DNA of 63,104 bases, filler included, from Octopus bimaculoides (GCF_001194135.2; 4 parts of 4 records of this genome joined end to end with filler, not necessarily neighbours in it); one strand, 5' to 3'; shown: positions 12,749-24,769, counted from the whole stretch's first letter. The notes: a model not told the origin generated them from the sequence alone. Numbers and translations are program-made.

Positions 12749-14503
12749 TTAGTGAGATACTTGAAACTGCTTCTTAGCTACAAAAACATGAATGCATGGC
12801 TGAATGCCAGAGAGTGCACAACGTAAGTCCTTTTCAACATTCAATCTATTTCTGTACTTGGTCTTGACAGCAAAGAGCGTGGAAAATGCAGCTTCACAAA
12901 GATACGTGGATCTAAACATAGCTAAACTCCGAAGAGCCTGATGTGAGAACAGAGGGTAAACAGGAATGTACTTGATCAAGAACGTTTCAAGATCCAGTTC
13001 TTTAAAGTCTTCCTTAGCTGGGGAGTTGAACTTCAGCTCAAGAAACTCCTCTTGCACTTCATCCAAAACATCAGTCACTTCACACTGAAATGGGTTCTTG
13101 ATGAATTTCTAAGCTTCACGCTTTTCATCTATATCTGGGACGTATCCTTGATTCTGAGTTAGATGAGTGATTATTTGTTTCTTTAACTCAGAATCAAGGT
13201 TTCCGTGAATGAGAATCAGAATCCAAGTAACTAAAACTGGCTGTATTTCCCTGCTGAATTCGACATTTCCAGAGGTCGAGTTTGGCCATGAAAGTTTGAA
13301 TAGTGTCGTGGTGCGTGAGAATGTTGATGTTTTTCCCTTGTAGTTTAATGTCGAGAGCATTCAACGCTTCAAAGATGTCCACCAGTTAAGCTAGAGATAG
13401 CTGAAAGCCTTCAAACTAGAACTTGTCATGGAGATCTGCCTTCAGTTGCAAATCTAGAAATATTGCTACATTTTTTCATAGTTCATAAAGCCGTCCAAGT
13501 ATGTTCCCCTTTGATAGCCATCGTACGTTCATGTGAAAAAGTAATGCTTCATGTTCAAATTCCATATCTTTACACAACAGTTTGAAAAGACGACTGTTTA
13601 AGGCTCCACCTTTAACAAAGTCGACAACCTTGATAGCCACGTTCAGGACATTTCTCATTTCAGTGGGTAAGGTTCTGGCTGCTAAGGCTTCATGATGAAG
13701 TATGCAGTGTATACTCACAACAGATGAATTTTTTTCTCTCACCCTAGTAATGAATCCAGACTGCAGACCAAGCATAGCTGGAGCTCCATCAGTGTACACC
13801 CCTACCAACGAAAGTTGGATTTCCTGAAAGAAGTTTGATACATCACGAAAAATAGCTGCTGCTGTTGTACAACTATCCATAGAGTGACAGAACAACATTT
13901 CCTCTTTTACACAGTGGCCTAACACAAAACGAACGTATACCAGTAGCTGAGAACAGTGAGCGATGGCAGTCGTTTCGTCACACTGGATGGCAAAAACAGG
14001 AGAATCTCTTACTTGGTTAAAATTTGATCTTTGGTGTCTTGAGACAAGTCGTCCATCCTTCCCTTGACTGTATCGTTTGATAGTGAAATCTGGGAAAGCT
14101 TGTTTGCACTATCTTTCCCCAGAACGATCTCTGCTGCACGGAATAGACTTGATTTTATGACAGACTCTCCGATGTTATGGCTCTTCTTGCTCTTTGCAGT
14201 CAACATGGCGATCTCATAGGAAGCCTCAACAACCGTTGAAATTTGTTGCCGAAATACCCCACTACCGTCCAACTTAGCTTGCTTCAAGGAATGTCATTTT
14301 ATTCCAAAGAATCCCTTGGGCTTGTCTGCCAGAGCAGGATGTGTTGTCCTCAAGTGACGTTCCAAGCGTAAGGGTCGCATTCCATCATTGCTCAAAGTTT
14401 TGTAACATATCGCACACTGGGGGACTTCTGTATCACTCTTTTGGAGGGACATGAATCTAAATCGAATATATTCGTCAACACATTTCCGTTTCTTTGCATT
14501 CAT
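12749..14503 (-). pseudogene. Frameshifted hAT (Buster-like, ZBED5/ZBED8-related) transposase
   Basis: BED finger (KRKC.DEYIRF..PQCAIC..RH..H), TDGAPAM, HCILHHEAL, RWLSKG and C-terminal STYLCEAAFS...RNRL motifs are split across at least six ORF pieces. Confidence 0.88.
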
Positions 14504-14979
14504 TGCGAATTAGTTGATGTGCAGTGGACAACACAAATATGTGAACAAAAGGTAAGGTACGTGTGAGGTAATGTCAAGACCCAAGTTAGAACGCTTGGAG
14601 TAAAAAGTTCAGAAAAAAAATTAAAACAAAAAATTTGGAATAAAATTTAAATTAAAAGAAAAATTATACGAAGAATTTGTATAATAAGATATTGTATTTA
14701 TTTGTACGAAAATATATAAAAAAATGTTTCTTTAAGAAAGAAAAGATTTTGCATAGCTTTTAGTTTCACCTAGTACTTTCTGTAATATTTAAATCTGAAT
14801 TTTAGTTTAATATTTGGCTTTATATTATAATTTTTTTCTTACAAAATGATTTACTATATTTTTAACATAAACATTTAATATTAAAAATTTTGGTTTTATT
14901 GTTAAAATCTCTTATTTTCCTAATCTGTGTTTTGATTTTTTTGAGACTTTATCAAATTTGGCCGGCACATTTAAAAAAC

Positions 14980-15897
14980 AATTTTTTTGTAACTAAACAC
15001 TTTCAAAATTCGTATACTGATAGAATGTGTCACATAAAACATCATTTACTCTTGGCGTTTTTGAGAAAATTGTGTATTTTCGAAGTTATTTCATGTTAAA
15101 GTTGTCGTATTTCGGTAATTTCAACCAATCAATGACGTTTATTGAGGTGAAAACAATTACTGCTGTTCTTTGTCAACAACAACTTCCGGTGGTGTATATT
15201 CCATTTGTCACTGTTATTTATGACATATTTCATCTCAGTTACGTTCGTATGAATAAACGAGTGTATCTGAAGCATGTTTACTTCATGGCACCACCACAAT
15301 CGTTCGTACATTTCTACTGCTTTTAATTTTTTTTTCCTGTTGTTCAGCTACTATTTTCGGAAAGACATTTTTGCCCCCCTCCCCCTCCAATTTCCTCATT
15401 TTTCATATTTTTCCATAACTCTAACCCTAAAATCCCAACCCTAACCCTAACCCTAACCCTAAAACCTTAACCCTAACCCTAAAACCCCAACCCTAACCCT
15501 AACCCTAACTCTAAAACCCTAACCCTAATCCTAAGACCCTAACCCTAACCTTAACCCTAAAATTCTAATCCTAACTTTAAAACCCTAACCCTAAAACCCT
15601 AACGCACGAACGATGTCATAAATAACAGTGACAAACGAAATATACACCGCCGATAGTTGTTGTTGACAAACAACGGCAGTAATTTTATCCATCTGAATAC
15701 ACGTCATTGATTGGTTGAAATTACCGAAATACGACAACTTTAACACAAAATAACTTTAAGAATATAAACTTTTCTGAACAACACTAAGAGTAAAAGATGT
15801 TTTATATGACACATTCTACCAGTGCCCAAAGTTTGAAAGTGTTTAGTTACAAAAAATTAATTTCTCGATATGCCGTTCAAAGGGAAAAGATCCTTAA
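14980..15897. mobile_element. Non-autonomous foldback element with ~250-bp TIRs, nested in the hAT
   Basis: 14980-15228 is the reverse complement of ~15613-15860. The right end GGGAAAAGATCC is followed by TTAA. Superfamily is uncertain. Confidence 0.7.
15420..15603. repeat. Degenerate (CCCTAA)n telomere-like array, interstitial
   Basis: Direct reading. It lies in the spacer between the two long TIRs. Confidence 0.9.
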
Positions 15898-16177
15898 TCA
15901 ATAGTAGAACCTATTACATACTTCTTGTTTTATTTCCTATTTTTAAATATATCATGCTTTTCATCTTGCTAAAATTTAAAAATAGTTTTCAATTTTTTAA
16001 ATTAACTCAATATTTCTTAGTATGTTACTATAATGATTTGATAATGTTTCAACATGTCTCTTGATTTTTAAGAATCACATTATTTCATATGTGTGAAAAC
16101 TGGATCAAACTTGTTTATAATCTATTAATTGAAAAAGATGTTTGAATTTACATGATAATAATATCTAAGCTTTATAT

Positions 16178-16524
16178 CAGTGGTTCTTAATCTGAGTCAT
16201 GTTGTAACAAAAAAAAAAAAAGGAAAAAAAATTACAAAATAAAGGCAAATGTTAAAGCTACCATTCAAAATTAGTGAGGATTTTGAGGGATATGAAGGCG
16301 CGGTCAATAAGTACAGAAAATGGTAAGCGGCACTAAGGTAGTAGAATAAGAAAACTGAAGGTATAAGGCGATACTTTTGCATTTTTTTCATAAACTTCTC
16401 ATTATTTGACCATGCTCTCGTTAAGAGAATAACAAATATAATTAGAGTAATTCCTACTGTTTCTCAAGGGCTCGCGCCCCCCGTGGAAATTGCTGTGACC
16501 CTCACCCCAGGTTAAGAACCACTG
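16178..16524. mobile_element. 347-bp hAT MITE-like unit forming the right end of the large element
   Basis: A second left-type TIR, CAGTGGTTCTTAA, at 16178 pairs with the terminal TTAAGAACCACTG. Confidence 0.6.
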
Positions 16525-16650
16525 ATCTAAAGGTTTATCATTTTTGAAAAATATCTTTTGGTTGAAATACAATATCTCCGTTTCAATTAAATTTCAAAAT
16601 ATTGAAGACTTCACTAAAGTAACTTTTATAATTATTACGCTGATGAAAAT

Positions 16651-16855
16651 CGGTGAGCGGGCAGAATCGTTAGCGCGTCGGACGAAATGCTTTGTGACAT
16701 TTCTTCTGGCTCTTTAGATTCTGAGCTCAAATTCAGCTAAGGTCAACTTTGCCTTTTATCATTCTGGGGTCGATAAAGTACTGATTAAGTGCTGGGGTTT
16801 GTGTAGTCGACTTGTTCCCTGCCTTCAAAACTGCTGGCCTTGAGCAAAAATTAGG
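16651..16855 (+). mobile_element. SINE family A
   Basis: ggtgagcgggcagaatcgttagc (A-box-like), gagctcaaattc (B-box-like), then the conserved body. Confidence 0.75.
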
Positions 16856-17918
16856 AAGAATTATTGAGCTGGTATTTGGAAAGTGATGCATTGGAAACGT
16901 GCAGGATTCATAACCCAGAGGTCCGTTGAAAGAAGCTATGTTCTGTTATGGTGAATTTTTATAGGCACAGGTGCGGCTGTGTGATAATAAATTTGTTTCC
17001 CAACCACATAGTTCCATGTTCAGGCCTACTGCGAAGCAAGTGTCTTGGGCAATTATTTTCTGCTATAGCCATGAGCCAACCAAAGCTTTGTGAGTGGATT
17101 TGGTAAACTTCTTACTACACAGCCACGCCTGGATGGAAGGTTCCAATTTAGATCACTTTAAAACTGGAAATTTCTATTCTAGCACGAAAGGCGGTCTCAA
17201 GCGGGTTGATATCAAACGGATGTGATTATATATCATTCAAGCTATAGAAATTATAAGTAGACACATTCCTTAAATACTATGAACTTGTTTTTTTAAATTT
17301 AACAGCTAGGTCGGTGTAATTTTTTAGTTTTCTTCTTAGCTTGTTTACAGTATTGTAGGCATTTGGCATTGCTACGTCGATTATTAGTAGACTATTGGGA
17401 ATTTTTCTAACGGAAAGCCCATCACGTCTCTTTTCTCTGTCAGTCATTGCCCACAATAATTATCTAATGTACCGTTTTTCTTTTTTTCTTCTTTAGGATG
17501 GTAGAATACGATTTGAGGGAGAACTAGTTGTTACTGCTTGGTTGAATGACCACAAAGTCTTCCTTGTTGGATCGACTGAAAACCCTTCATTGTTCCTGAG
17601 GTCACGGTTCGTGTTGTTCTTTAGCCCAGGTCAAGCCTGCTTGAGTAAGGCCTATGACAAAAGATATTTCTGCTTTGACAATCCTGTTTATGTAAATTGG
17701 ACAGATGTTTTTAGTTATACTGACGTGGCACATTTTTGTGCCGCATATATTCCACAGTATGATTCTTTTTTTTAAGGTGAGCTGGAAAACATCTGGATAT
17801 TTAGAAAACTTGAGTATTTTTAATGCACTGCATCTGTGTATCTTTAATCCTTTGAAACAAAGTGCATTGTATGAGTACAGCTCTGTTTATAACAATTTTA
17901 AAACACATTAAAAATGCA

Positions 17919-18560
17919 GCCGATGTATCTCCGTGGTCGGGTATTGGTGGTGCTGTGTCTGCTGGTGTTGACGTTCCTGCCACCGCTGTTGCTGGAACTG
18001 GCGCTGTTGGTGTTGGCATCATTGGGAGGTGACGATGGTGTTGGTGCTGCTACTGCCGGTGTGTGCCGTTGTTGTTTTATATGGCCATCGTCATTGAAGG
18101 AAGTGCTGTCATTGCTGTTATAGATGTCATTGGCGATGGCTCAGCAGCTATTTACATTAGGGATATTGCCGTTACTGTCGTTGCTGGTTTGCTGTTATCA
18201 TTGGCGATGGCACTGCCTCTACTGCTACTGGAACTGTCGAATCTGCTACTGTAGATTCATGGTCGAATCTGCTACTGTGGGGAAGCTGCTGTTGATGTTG
18301 CTGCTGTCGTTAGGGATACTACCATTGCTGTCGTAGATGTTATTGTTATCGCTGGCAATGGTGCTGTTGGTTCTCTTCACGCTTCTTCTGCTGCTACTAT
18401 TGGTGCTGACGTCCATGCTGCTGTCGTAGCCGTTAGGAGAGCTGCTGCTGATGTTGCTGCTGCTGTTAGAGTCGGTCAGTACCTCAGCTTCATAGATGAC
18501 TCCATTGGTTTCGCAGTGGCCCCTCACTGGGCATTTGTTGCGGTTCCTGCATGAACATCC
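17919..18560 (-). pseudogene. Penelope-like element GIY-YIG endonuclease, N-terminal half with large low-complexity insertion
   Basis: GCSCRNRNKCPVRGHCETNGVIYEAEV (VIY at 18492-18500), then S/N/T-rich repeats, then TTNTRPRRYIGC (YIG at 17919-17927). Confidence 0.75.
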
Positions 18561-18889
18561 TGCCTCTGCTCGTAGTCTGGGGGTGCTAACTAGAATGCTC
18601 TTAAACTGGGGGCACAGCTAAAAGAGACTCTAAGGTTGCGCCTATTGAAAATGCGTCCATACCTATATGAACTTGCTTATTTATTAACTTAAGGAATATC
18701 TTACCCACATACGTTTTTACGATAAGGAAGAGGTGAGTGGGTAAATGCTATTCTGCAGCACTTCCTTCTACGGATGCTGGGATTCTGCATGTAGGAGATG
18801 CGGTCTCTAAATCCACTAGCAGCTTGGGTCTCGTTATTGTAGGGGACTACTGCATCGAAAATCTCCTTTTACTAACACCCTTCACCAAC

Positions 18890-19457
18890 ACCGGCAGTGG
18901 CGGCACCAACACCATCTCCACCTCCAATGATTCCAACAGTAACAGCGCTAGCATCAACAGCGACAACACCAACAGCGCCTGCACCAACAGCGCCTGCACC
19001 AACAGCGCCAGTACCAACAGCGCCTGCACCAACACGGCTTGCACCAACAGTGCCAGATCCAGCAACAGCGGCGGCAGCAACGTCAACACCAACAGGCACA
19101 GTACCGCCAACACCCGATCACTCGTTCAAACAACACTTCTCCAACTACAGATCTTCCTTCGGGATACCGGAAAAGAGATACGTCACGTCAATAGCTAGCC
19201 ATGTATGGTGGCTGATAGACTGCAGGGTTTCATACACAATATCATGGAGAATCCTAGAAAATCCAGGTCCCTACATAAGCGGGACCAAGCGCTGTAAATT
19301 ATGCATAGAAGAACGGGCGAGGATCCTGAAGGAATTCCTCGACCCATGGAACATCTTTAACTCCAGAACGGAGGTCTTCGGACCTTGCTTACATTTCACG
19401 AAATTCCTGCTGGCCTATTGGAACCCACATTATGGCAGGGTCACCAGCGATCGATAG
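18890..19457 (+). pseudogene. Penelope-like element GIY-YIG endonuclease, C-terminal half preceded by the same low-complexity tract
   Basis: SFKQHFSNYRSSF..TSIASHVW.L..WRIL..PY..KRCKLCIEER..FNSRTEVF..CLHFTKFLL. The upstream tract is homologous to 17930-18065 and has a 15-bp ACCAACAGCGCCTGC repeat. Confidence 0.78.
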
Positions 19458-19475
19458 CCAATATATATATATGTA

Positions 19476-19621
19476 TCAAAACAGTTTGATTCAATTTCGT
19501 TGGTACTCCGAGTTTCAAGCGTGATACTAGTCTTCAGCCATTTTGAATTTGAAAATGGTTGAAGACTAGCATCACGCCTGAAACTCAAGAGTACCAATGA
19601 ATTTGGATCAAACTGATTTGA
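19476..19621. repeat. Palindromic element (~70-bp arms, 7-nt loop): inverted pair of hammerhead-like units
   Basis: Minus 19501-19540: TGG-CTGAAGA-ctagtatcacgctt-GAA-ACTCGGAGT-A-CCA. Plus 19556-19595: TGG-TTGAAGA-ctagcatcacgcct-GAA-ACTCAAGAGT-A-CCA. Confidence 0.75.
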
Positions 19622-19964
19622 TCCATGCATGTAACTCCCAGTAAATTTGTTGAATGCCCTTCTTTCCTTTGTTCACTTACTCGCATGTATGTATATGTAT
19701 ACGTGTGTATACACACACACACACACACAGACAGACAGACACACACACAGACACACACACACACATATATATATACACACGTATTTATCTATCTGTCTGT
19801 CTGTCTGTCTGTCTGCCTGTCTCTCTTTCTCTCTTTCTATACATACATATATATATACGAATATATGTGTATGCTTATCTCTACATATATATACACATGC
19901 ATCTATATGTACACACACAAGCACACACGCACACACATGTACGCAACACGCTCATAACACACAT

Positions 19965-19999
<35 letters not shown>

Positions 20000-20839
20000 T
20001 ACATACACACACAACACACAGAGACCGATAGGATAATATATCCACACAGGACTAAGTAGAAGTACAATAACAACAACGCACTTTGTTATTTAAACAAAAA
20101 CAACAAAACAATATGATACAGCAAACACATCACGTATTTTCCCATTATTAATGTTTATCTGGTTTCATACAAGTTAGAGCTGAGAGACGACAAAACGGAC
20201 ACGAAACGAGAATCACAACCGCCAACTATCACATGAATATTAGATCTACATGATGCAGGTGTGGTGTAGCCGCGGTTGTAGTGGTGGTGGTGGATGTAGT
20301 GGTGGTTTTGGTGATGGTGGCGGCTGTGGTGGTGGTGGTGATGGTGGAGAAAAACGGCTTTTTTGATTTTAATTTTAAATCAAAACCCGCTGGACATTTG
20401 ATACGTATTTACCAGCTACTTATCAATTCAAACTTCTTTAAATAGAATCGCTTAAATGTCAAACACTTTTCAATGGCGAGGTAGTATGGGGAACCTATGC
20501 GTGAAAGGAGGTCTCGATTTTGTTTGCTAGAAATAACTGTCAAATCTCCCTTAAATTATACTTTGTCGTAGTAGAAAACAGAAAGAAGACAGATTTCTTG
20601 TGGTTTTGCCTGATGAAGTTCAACATACGTAACTCTTTCGAAATGCCTGTTACCTTGAAATCCGGATGTTCCCACGTAACACTGACTCATCTAGTGCTAT
20701 ACAGACATTACATAAATCACAGTATCGGCGCCACTTCCCTTAAAAGCAAACACCTCACCTTCTTCATTTATTTCGTCAAATCCTTCCACCTTATCTTAGA
20801 ATTCACATCCATCCTCGCTAATACTTCTGCTAATTTCTC

Positions 20840-21750
20840 AGACGTGTTAGTTTGAACTAATTACCTTAACTTCTCACCGACATCTTTTATAAACCTACAG
20901 GCTCTCACACATACCTCTATTTCTTCTTCTTCTTCCACCTCATTCAGAATAAACCAGCTATCTCTTACTCATAATGTCTCTGTCACCGCCTCCTCTGTAA
21001 CTGCTAAGTCCTACCGGGGTGGGGGTGGAGCGTCACCAATATGGTTACCACCAACTAGCCGTTGACGTACTTCGGTCGTTCCCTAGCCGATGACCACACT
21101 TGATTCTGTCCATACCCTCCTCATTGAAACGTATTCCATTCTCCTTACTTCCACCTCACTACCTGACCTTTCCAGCGAATCATCCTGAGTAACTTTTCTA
21201 TCTGTTCCAAATCGCCCCTGCCACTCCCCATTTCTTTTCTGAACACCCTTTCCCTTCCTTCAGTCGCTACCGCAATCAGCACGTTCTTATGGTCTATATC
21301 ACCTTTAATCTTTGCCACAACCAACCTAAATTGTTTGCGTGTACTCGTTCATGTTCCAGCACATTATCCTTCTTTCAAAGCATTATTATCTGGCGCAGTC
21401 CCAGACCCACTTTCTCTGACAATGTTTGTTTCATATGCACCTTCAAAAACATAGTCTATTGCTTTGAATGTCAACTTTGTGGCTTATTACATACAAAACA
21501 AAACAAAAACATACAAGAGAAACTAGTCGACGATTAGCCGATCTATTTAGATAATATTTATTAAACTTGTGGTATCATAAAAACGGATATCTTAAACCCG
21601 TCGTCCACCACTTCAATTCTCCAGGCCAATCTCACCATCTTCTAAGAGTTTGGAGTTACCCGGAAACAGTACGGTATTCCTGCTACTCCACATCTATAAG
21701 AACAGTGGAAAATTTTCCGCTTGGAGACGGCTGATCTGACAAATTTAGGT
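20840..21750 (+). mobile_element. Penelope-like element relic (RT thumb plus GIY-YIG)
   Basis: TDIFYKPTGSHTYL, RIPF..QRIILSNF, FICTFKNIVYCFECQLCGLL, PVVHHFNSPG and EQWKIFRL, heavily frameshifted. Confidence 0.7.
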
Positions 21751-22084
21751 TTTCTCGTTAAGTTTTTCTCTCATCTTGCCACACACGAGCACACCATTAA
21801 CCGTCCCCTGTATTAACTTTATCCATCTCCACCTAACTGCATATAAATGATTGCAGGGTAAAAACCCTGAAATCTTTTTGTCATGAAAAAAAAAAAAAAA
21901 CCACTTCTCAGTTGTACACACACATACATGTTGCATTATTTGTATCACTTACGTCACTACTACCTACCGTGCTAAGCACCAATTCATGTGGATATACAGC
22001 CTGATTCTTTCTTACCCATTCCATATATATACATGCATATCGTGAGAGTACACGCGCGCACGCACGCGCACACACATAGTAGAC

Positions 22085-22245
22085 GCAGGCGTGACTGTGT
22101 TGTAAGACACTTGCTTCCCAACCACTGGGTTCCGAGTTCAGTCCCATTGCGTGGTACCTTGGACAAGTGTCTTTTGCTATAGCCTCGGGCCGACCAAAGC
22201 CTTGTGAGTGGATTTGGTAGACGGAACCTGAAAGAATCCCGCCGT

Positions 22246-22278
<33 letters not shown>

Positions 22279-22615
22279 NNNNNNNNNNNNNNNNNNNNNN
22301 NNNNNNNNNNNNNNNNNNNNNNNNNNNNNNNNNNNNNNNNNNNNNNNNNNNNNNNNNNNNNNNNNNNNNNNNNNNNNNNNNNNNNNNNNNNNNNNNNNNN
22401 NNNNNNNNNNNNNNNNNNNNNNNNNNNNNNNNNNNNNNNNNNNNNNNNNNNNNNNNNNCCAACTCCCTAGTTTAGCGGTTCGGTGAAAGAGATCGACGGA
22501 ATAAGTACCAGATTTTAAAAAAGTACTGGGGTCGATTCATTCGACTAAAATTTCTTCAAGGCGGTGCCCCAGCATGGCCGCAGTCTAATGACTTACACAA
22601 GTAAAAGACACATAC
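22085..22615 (+). mobile_element. SINE family C (internal microsatellite; gap inside)
   Basis: tRNA-like head (ccgagttcagtccc B box), 'ccttggacaagtgtctt', and 3' 'cagcatggccgcagtc..acaagtaaaaga'. Confidence 0.8.
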
Positions 22616-22629
22616 ATACATACTGCTTG

Positions 22630-22952
22630 TGAAGGCGCGTGGCTCAGTGGTTAGGGCATTCGGCTCACGATCGTAAGGTCGTGAGTTGGATTCCCGACGA
22701 CGCGTTGCATCCTTGAGCAAGATACTTTATTTCACGTTTCTCCAGTCCCCTCAGCTGGCAAAAATGAGTAGTACCTCTATTTCGAAGAGCCGGCCTTGTC
22801 ACGCTATGTGTCACGCTGAATATCCCCGAGAACTACGTTAAGGGTACACGTGTCTGAAAATTGCTCAGTCACTTGCACGTTAATTTCATGAGCAGGCTGT
22901 TCCGTTGATCGCATCAGCTGGGACCCTCGTCGTCGTAACCGACGGAGTGCTC
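22630..22952 (+). mobile_element. Full-length tRNA-derived CORE-type SINE (family B; OR2-like)
   Basis: A box TGGCTCAGTGG, B-box-like GAGTTGGATTCCC, CORE-like 'ccttgagcaagatactt...ctcagctggcaaaaatgagt', and shared 3' tail. Confidence 0.85.
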
Positions 22953-23415
22953 CCCTTACATACTGTTTATCATATTTTATTTCTTCCCGTGTGTGAATGA
23001 CAGTTACAGCACATGACATTTTCTTGTTAGAAACCGTACATAGCTACCGTCTCTCCTTCTGTCATTGTTAATTACGATGGTTTTATAGCATACACACACA
23101 TAAAGAATAATTATCTTTTATATTTGTTTCTATGTAACTGGATAAATAGTAAAAAACGTCGATACCTTTTCCTTTTCATCACAGTATAATGCATTAACTT
23201 TGTTACTGTGCTTTATGCTTCTTTTCGTAATTTACCAACACGTTGAGAGTTCACATTTTACTAAAGGTTTTTCTTCCATGAGCTGAACACAAATTTACTC
23301 GCTCATCTTTATCTCTACAGAAGAAAAGTTTACTAAGGATAGGCTAGTGTTGATCTCTCATCAACATATTTGTTTCCCATCTCTCATGGAAGTGATTCAT
23401 TCCTGTGGCTTCTCA

Positions 23416-23690
23416 TCTATACTATATATAAAACAGAGATGTGTGTGTAATCGCTTATCACGTGAAAACGGCTTCACTATTTACTTCCATACTTGTGATG
23501 CATGAATAATTTGACCTCGGATAAATCTTAGGCTCTTCATTTGATTTTTTTAATTAAAAATAAATAATATTGCTTTATATTTATGATTCACTTCTTTAAA
23601 AAGGTTCCTCAATGTCAACTTCCGGTATTGACGTAACAACGGCTTACATACTTGTGATGTAATGTCAACTTCCGGTATTGCGCGCGCGCA
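23416..23690 (+). mobile_element. Helitron-like non-autonomous 5' end
   Basis: A|TCTATACTATATATAAAA start. 20-bp direct repeat AATGTCAACTTCCGGTATTG at 23611 and 23661. Confidence 0.45.
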
Positions 23691-24102
23691 TACACACGTG
23701 TGTCTTTGTAAATAGGTTTGTATACATTTATGTAAGTGTGTGTTTGTAACAGACAGAGTGTGAGTGAGTCAAGGGNNNNNNNNNNNNNNNNNNNNNNNNN
23801 NNNNNNNNNNNNNNNNNNNNNNNNNNNNNNNNNNNNNNNNNNNNNNNNNNNNNNNNNNNNNNNNNNNNNNNNNNNNNNNNNNNNNNNNNNNNNNNNNNNN
23901 NNNNNNNNNNNNNNNNNNNNNNNNNNNNNNNNNNNNNNNNNNNNNNNNNNNNNNNNNNNNNNNNNNNNNNNNNNNNNNNNNNNNNNNNNNNNNNNNNNNN
24001 NNNNNNNNNNNNNNNNNNNNNNNNNNNNNNNNGAGGATATTCACGTAAATCATTTCTTTCATTTAATCCCCATTTTAATTTTCGTAAAAGTTTCCAAGTA
24101 AC

Positions 24103-24355
24103 ATCATCATCATCATCATCGTTTAACGTCCGCTTTCCATGCTAGCATGGGTTGGACGATTTGACTGAGGACTGGTGAAACCGGATGGCAACACCAGGCT
24201 CCAATCTAATTTGGCAGAGTTTCTACAGCTGGATGCCCTTCCTAACGCCAACCACTCAGAGAGTGTAGTGGGTGCTTTTACGTGTCACCGGCACGAGGGC
24301 CAGTCAGGCAGTACTGGCAACGGCCACACTCAAAATGGTGTCTTTCATGTGCCAC
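24103..24355 (-). mobile_element. RTE-type LINE 3' end or RTE-tailed SINE
   Basis: The minus strand ends ACCCATGCTAGCATGGAAAGCGGACGTTAAACGATGATGATG, with a (GAT)n tail. Confidence 0.7.
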
Positions 24356-24769
24356 TCCCGAGCAACGCCGGGTGCCTCTGCTAGTAATTGATAAAACTGT
24401 TGATTTCACATACTGGAATGAGATTACAATTCATATATGTGGGGAATAGTCGATTGATTTGCTACCAGAACATGACTAGTGTCTATTTTTATCGATTCCA
24501 AGATGAATGGAAAGTAAATGAAACTTGACTATGTGGGATTCGTAATCAGAATTTAAAAGAACGTAACTTGATCCCCCCCACTCCAAAAAAAAAGGTGATG
24601 CTGATGACCCTACTGCTTCTATTAATTCAAAGCACTGTGAAATACGTAAAACAGGCATGTGGATTTTGAATGAAGTTGATACTGGAAAAACGCCTACATC
24701 CGCGTAGTTTCATCCTAGCACATACATTAGGGTTATGACTTTTTCTTAACCTAATAACCCTATAGGTTA

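Larger units (their letters stand above)
12482..16524 (-). mobile_element. hAT transposon, Buster/Charlie type, TIR- and TSD-bounded
   Basis: 15-bp perfect TIRs CAGTGGTTCTTAACC (12482-12496 and 16510-16524). 8-bp TSD ATCTAAAG (12474-12481 and 16525-16532) fits the Buster nnnTAnnn target. Confidence 0.92.

Noticed and set aside
12749-14503. Domesticated ZBED5/ZBED8-like host gene
   Set aside because: It is multiply frameshifted and still inside TIRs with a TSD.
15420-15603. True telomere or chromosome fusion scar
   Set aside because: It is short, degenerate, single-orientation and enclosed by TIRs inside a transposon.
18897-19457. Mucin-like Pro/Thr/Ala protein
   Set aside because: The PTA frame is an alternative reading of the S/N/T tract, joined to the PLE nuclease by an apparent deletion.
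19476-19621. Canonical pre-miRNA interpretation
   Set aside because: The arm is a dispersed repeat (solo copy at 26581), and the ~70-bp stem is better explained as an inverted element pair. It is not excluded without small-RNA data.
20605-20650. Hammerhead-like CTGATGA...CGAAA
   Set aside because: Stem II is not adjacent to GAAA, and there is no stem I or stem III complement.
22630-22700. tRNA genes at SINE heads (also 8900-8955, 16651, 53435, 62881)
   Set aside because: A/B boxes are present, but I see no complete cloverleaf and each continues into a SINE body or other retroelement sequence.
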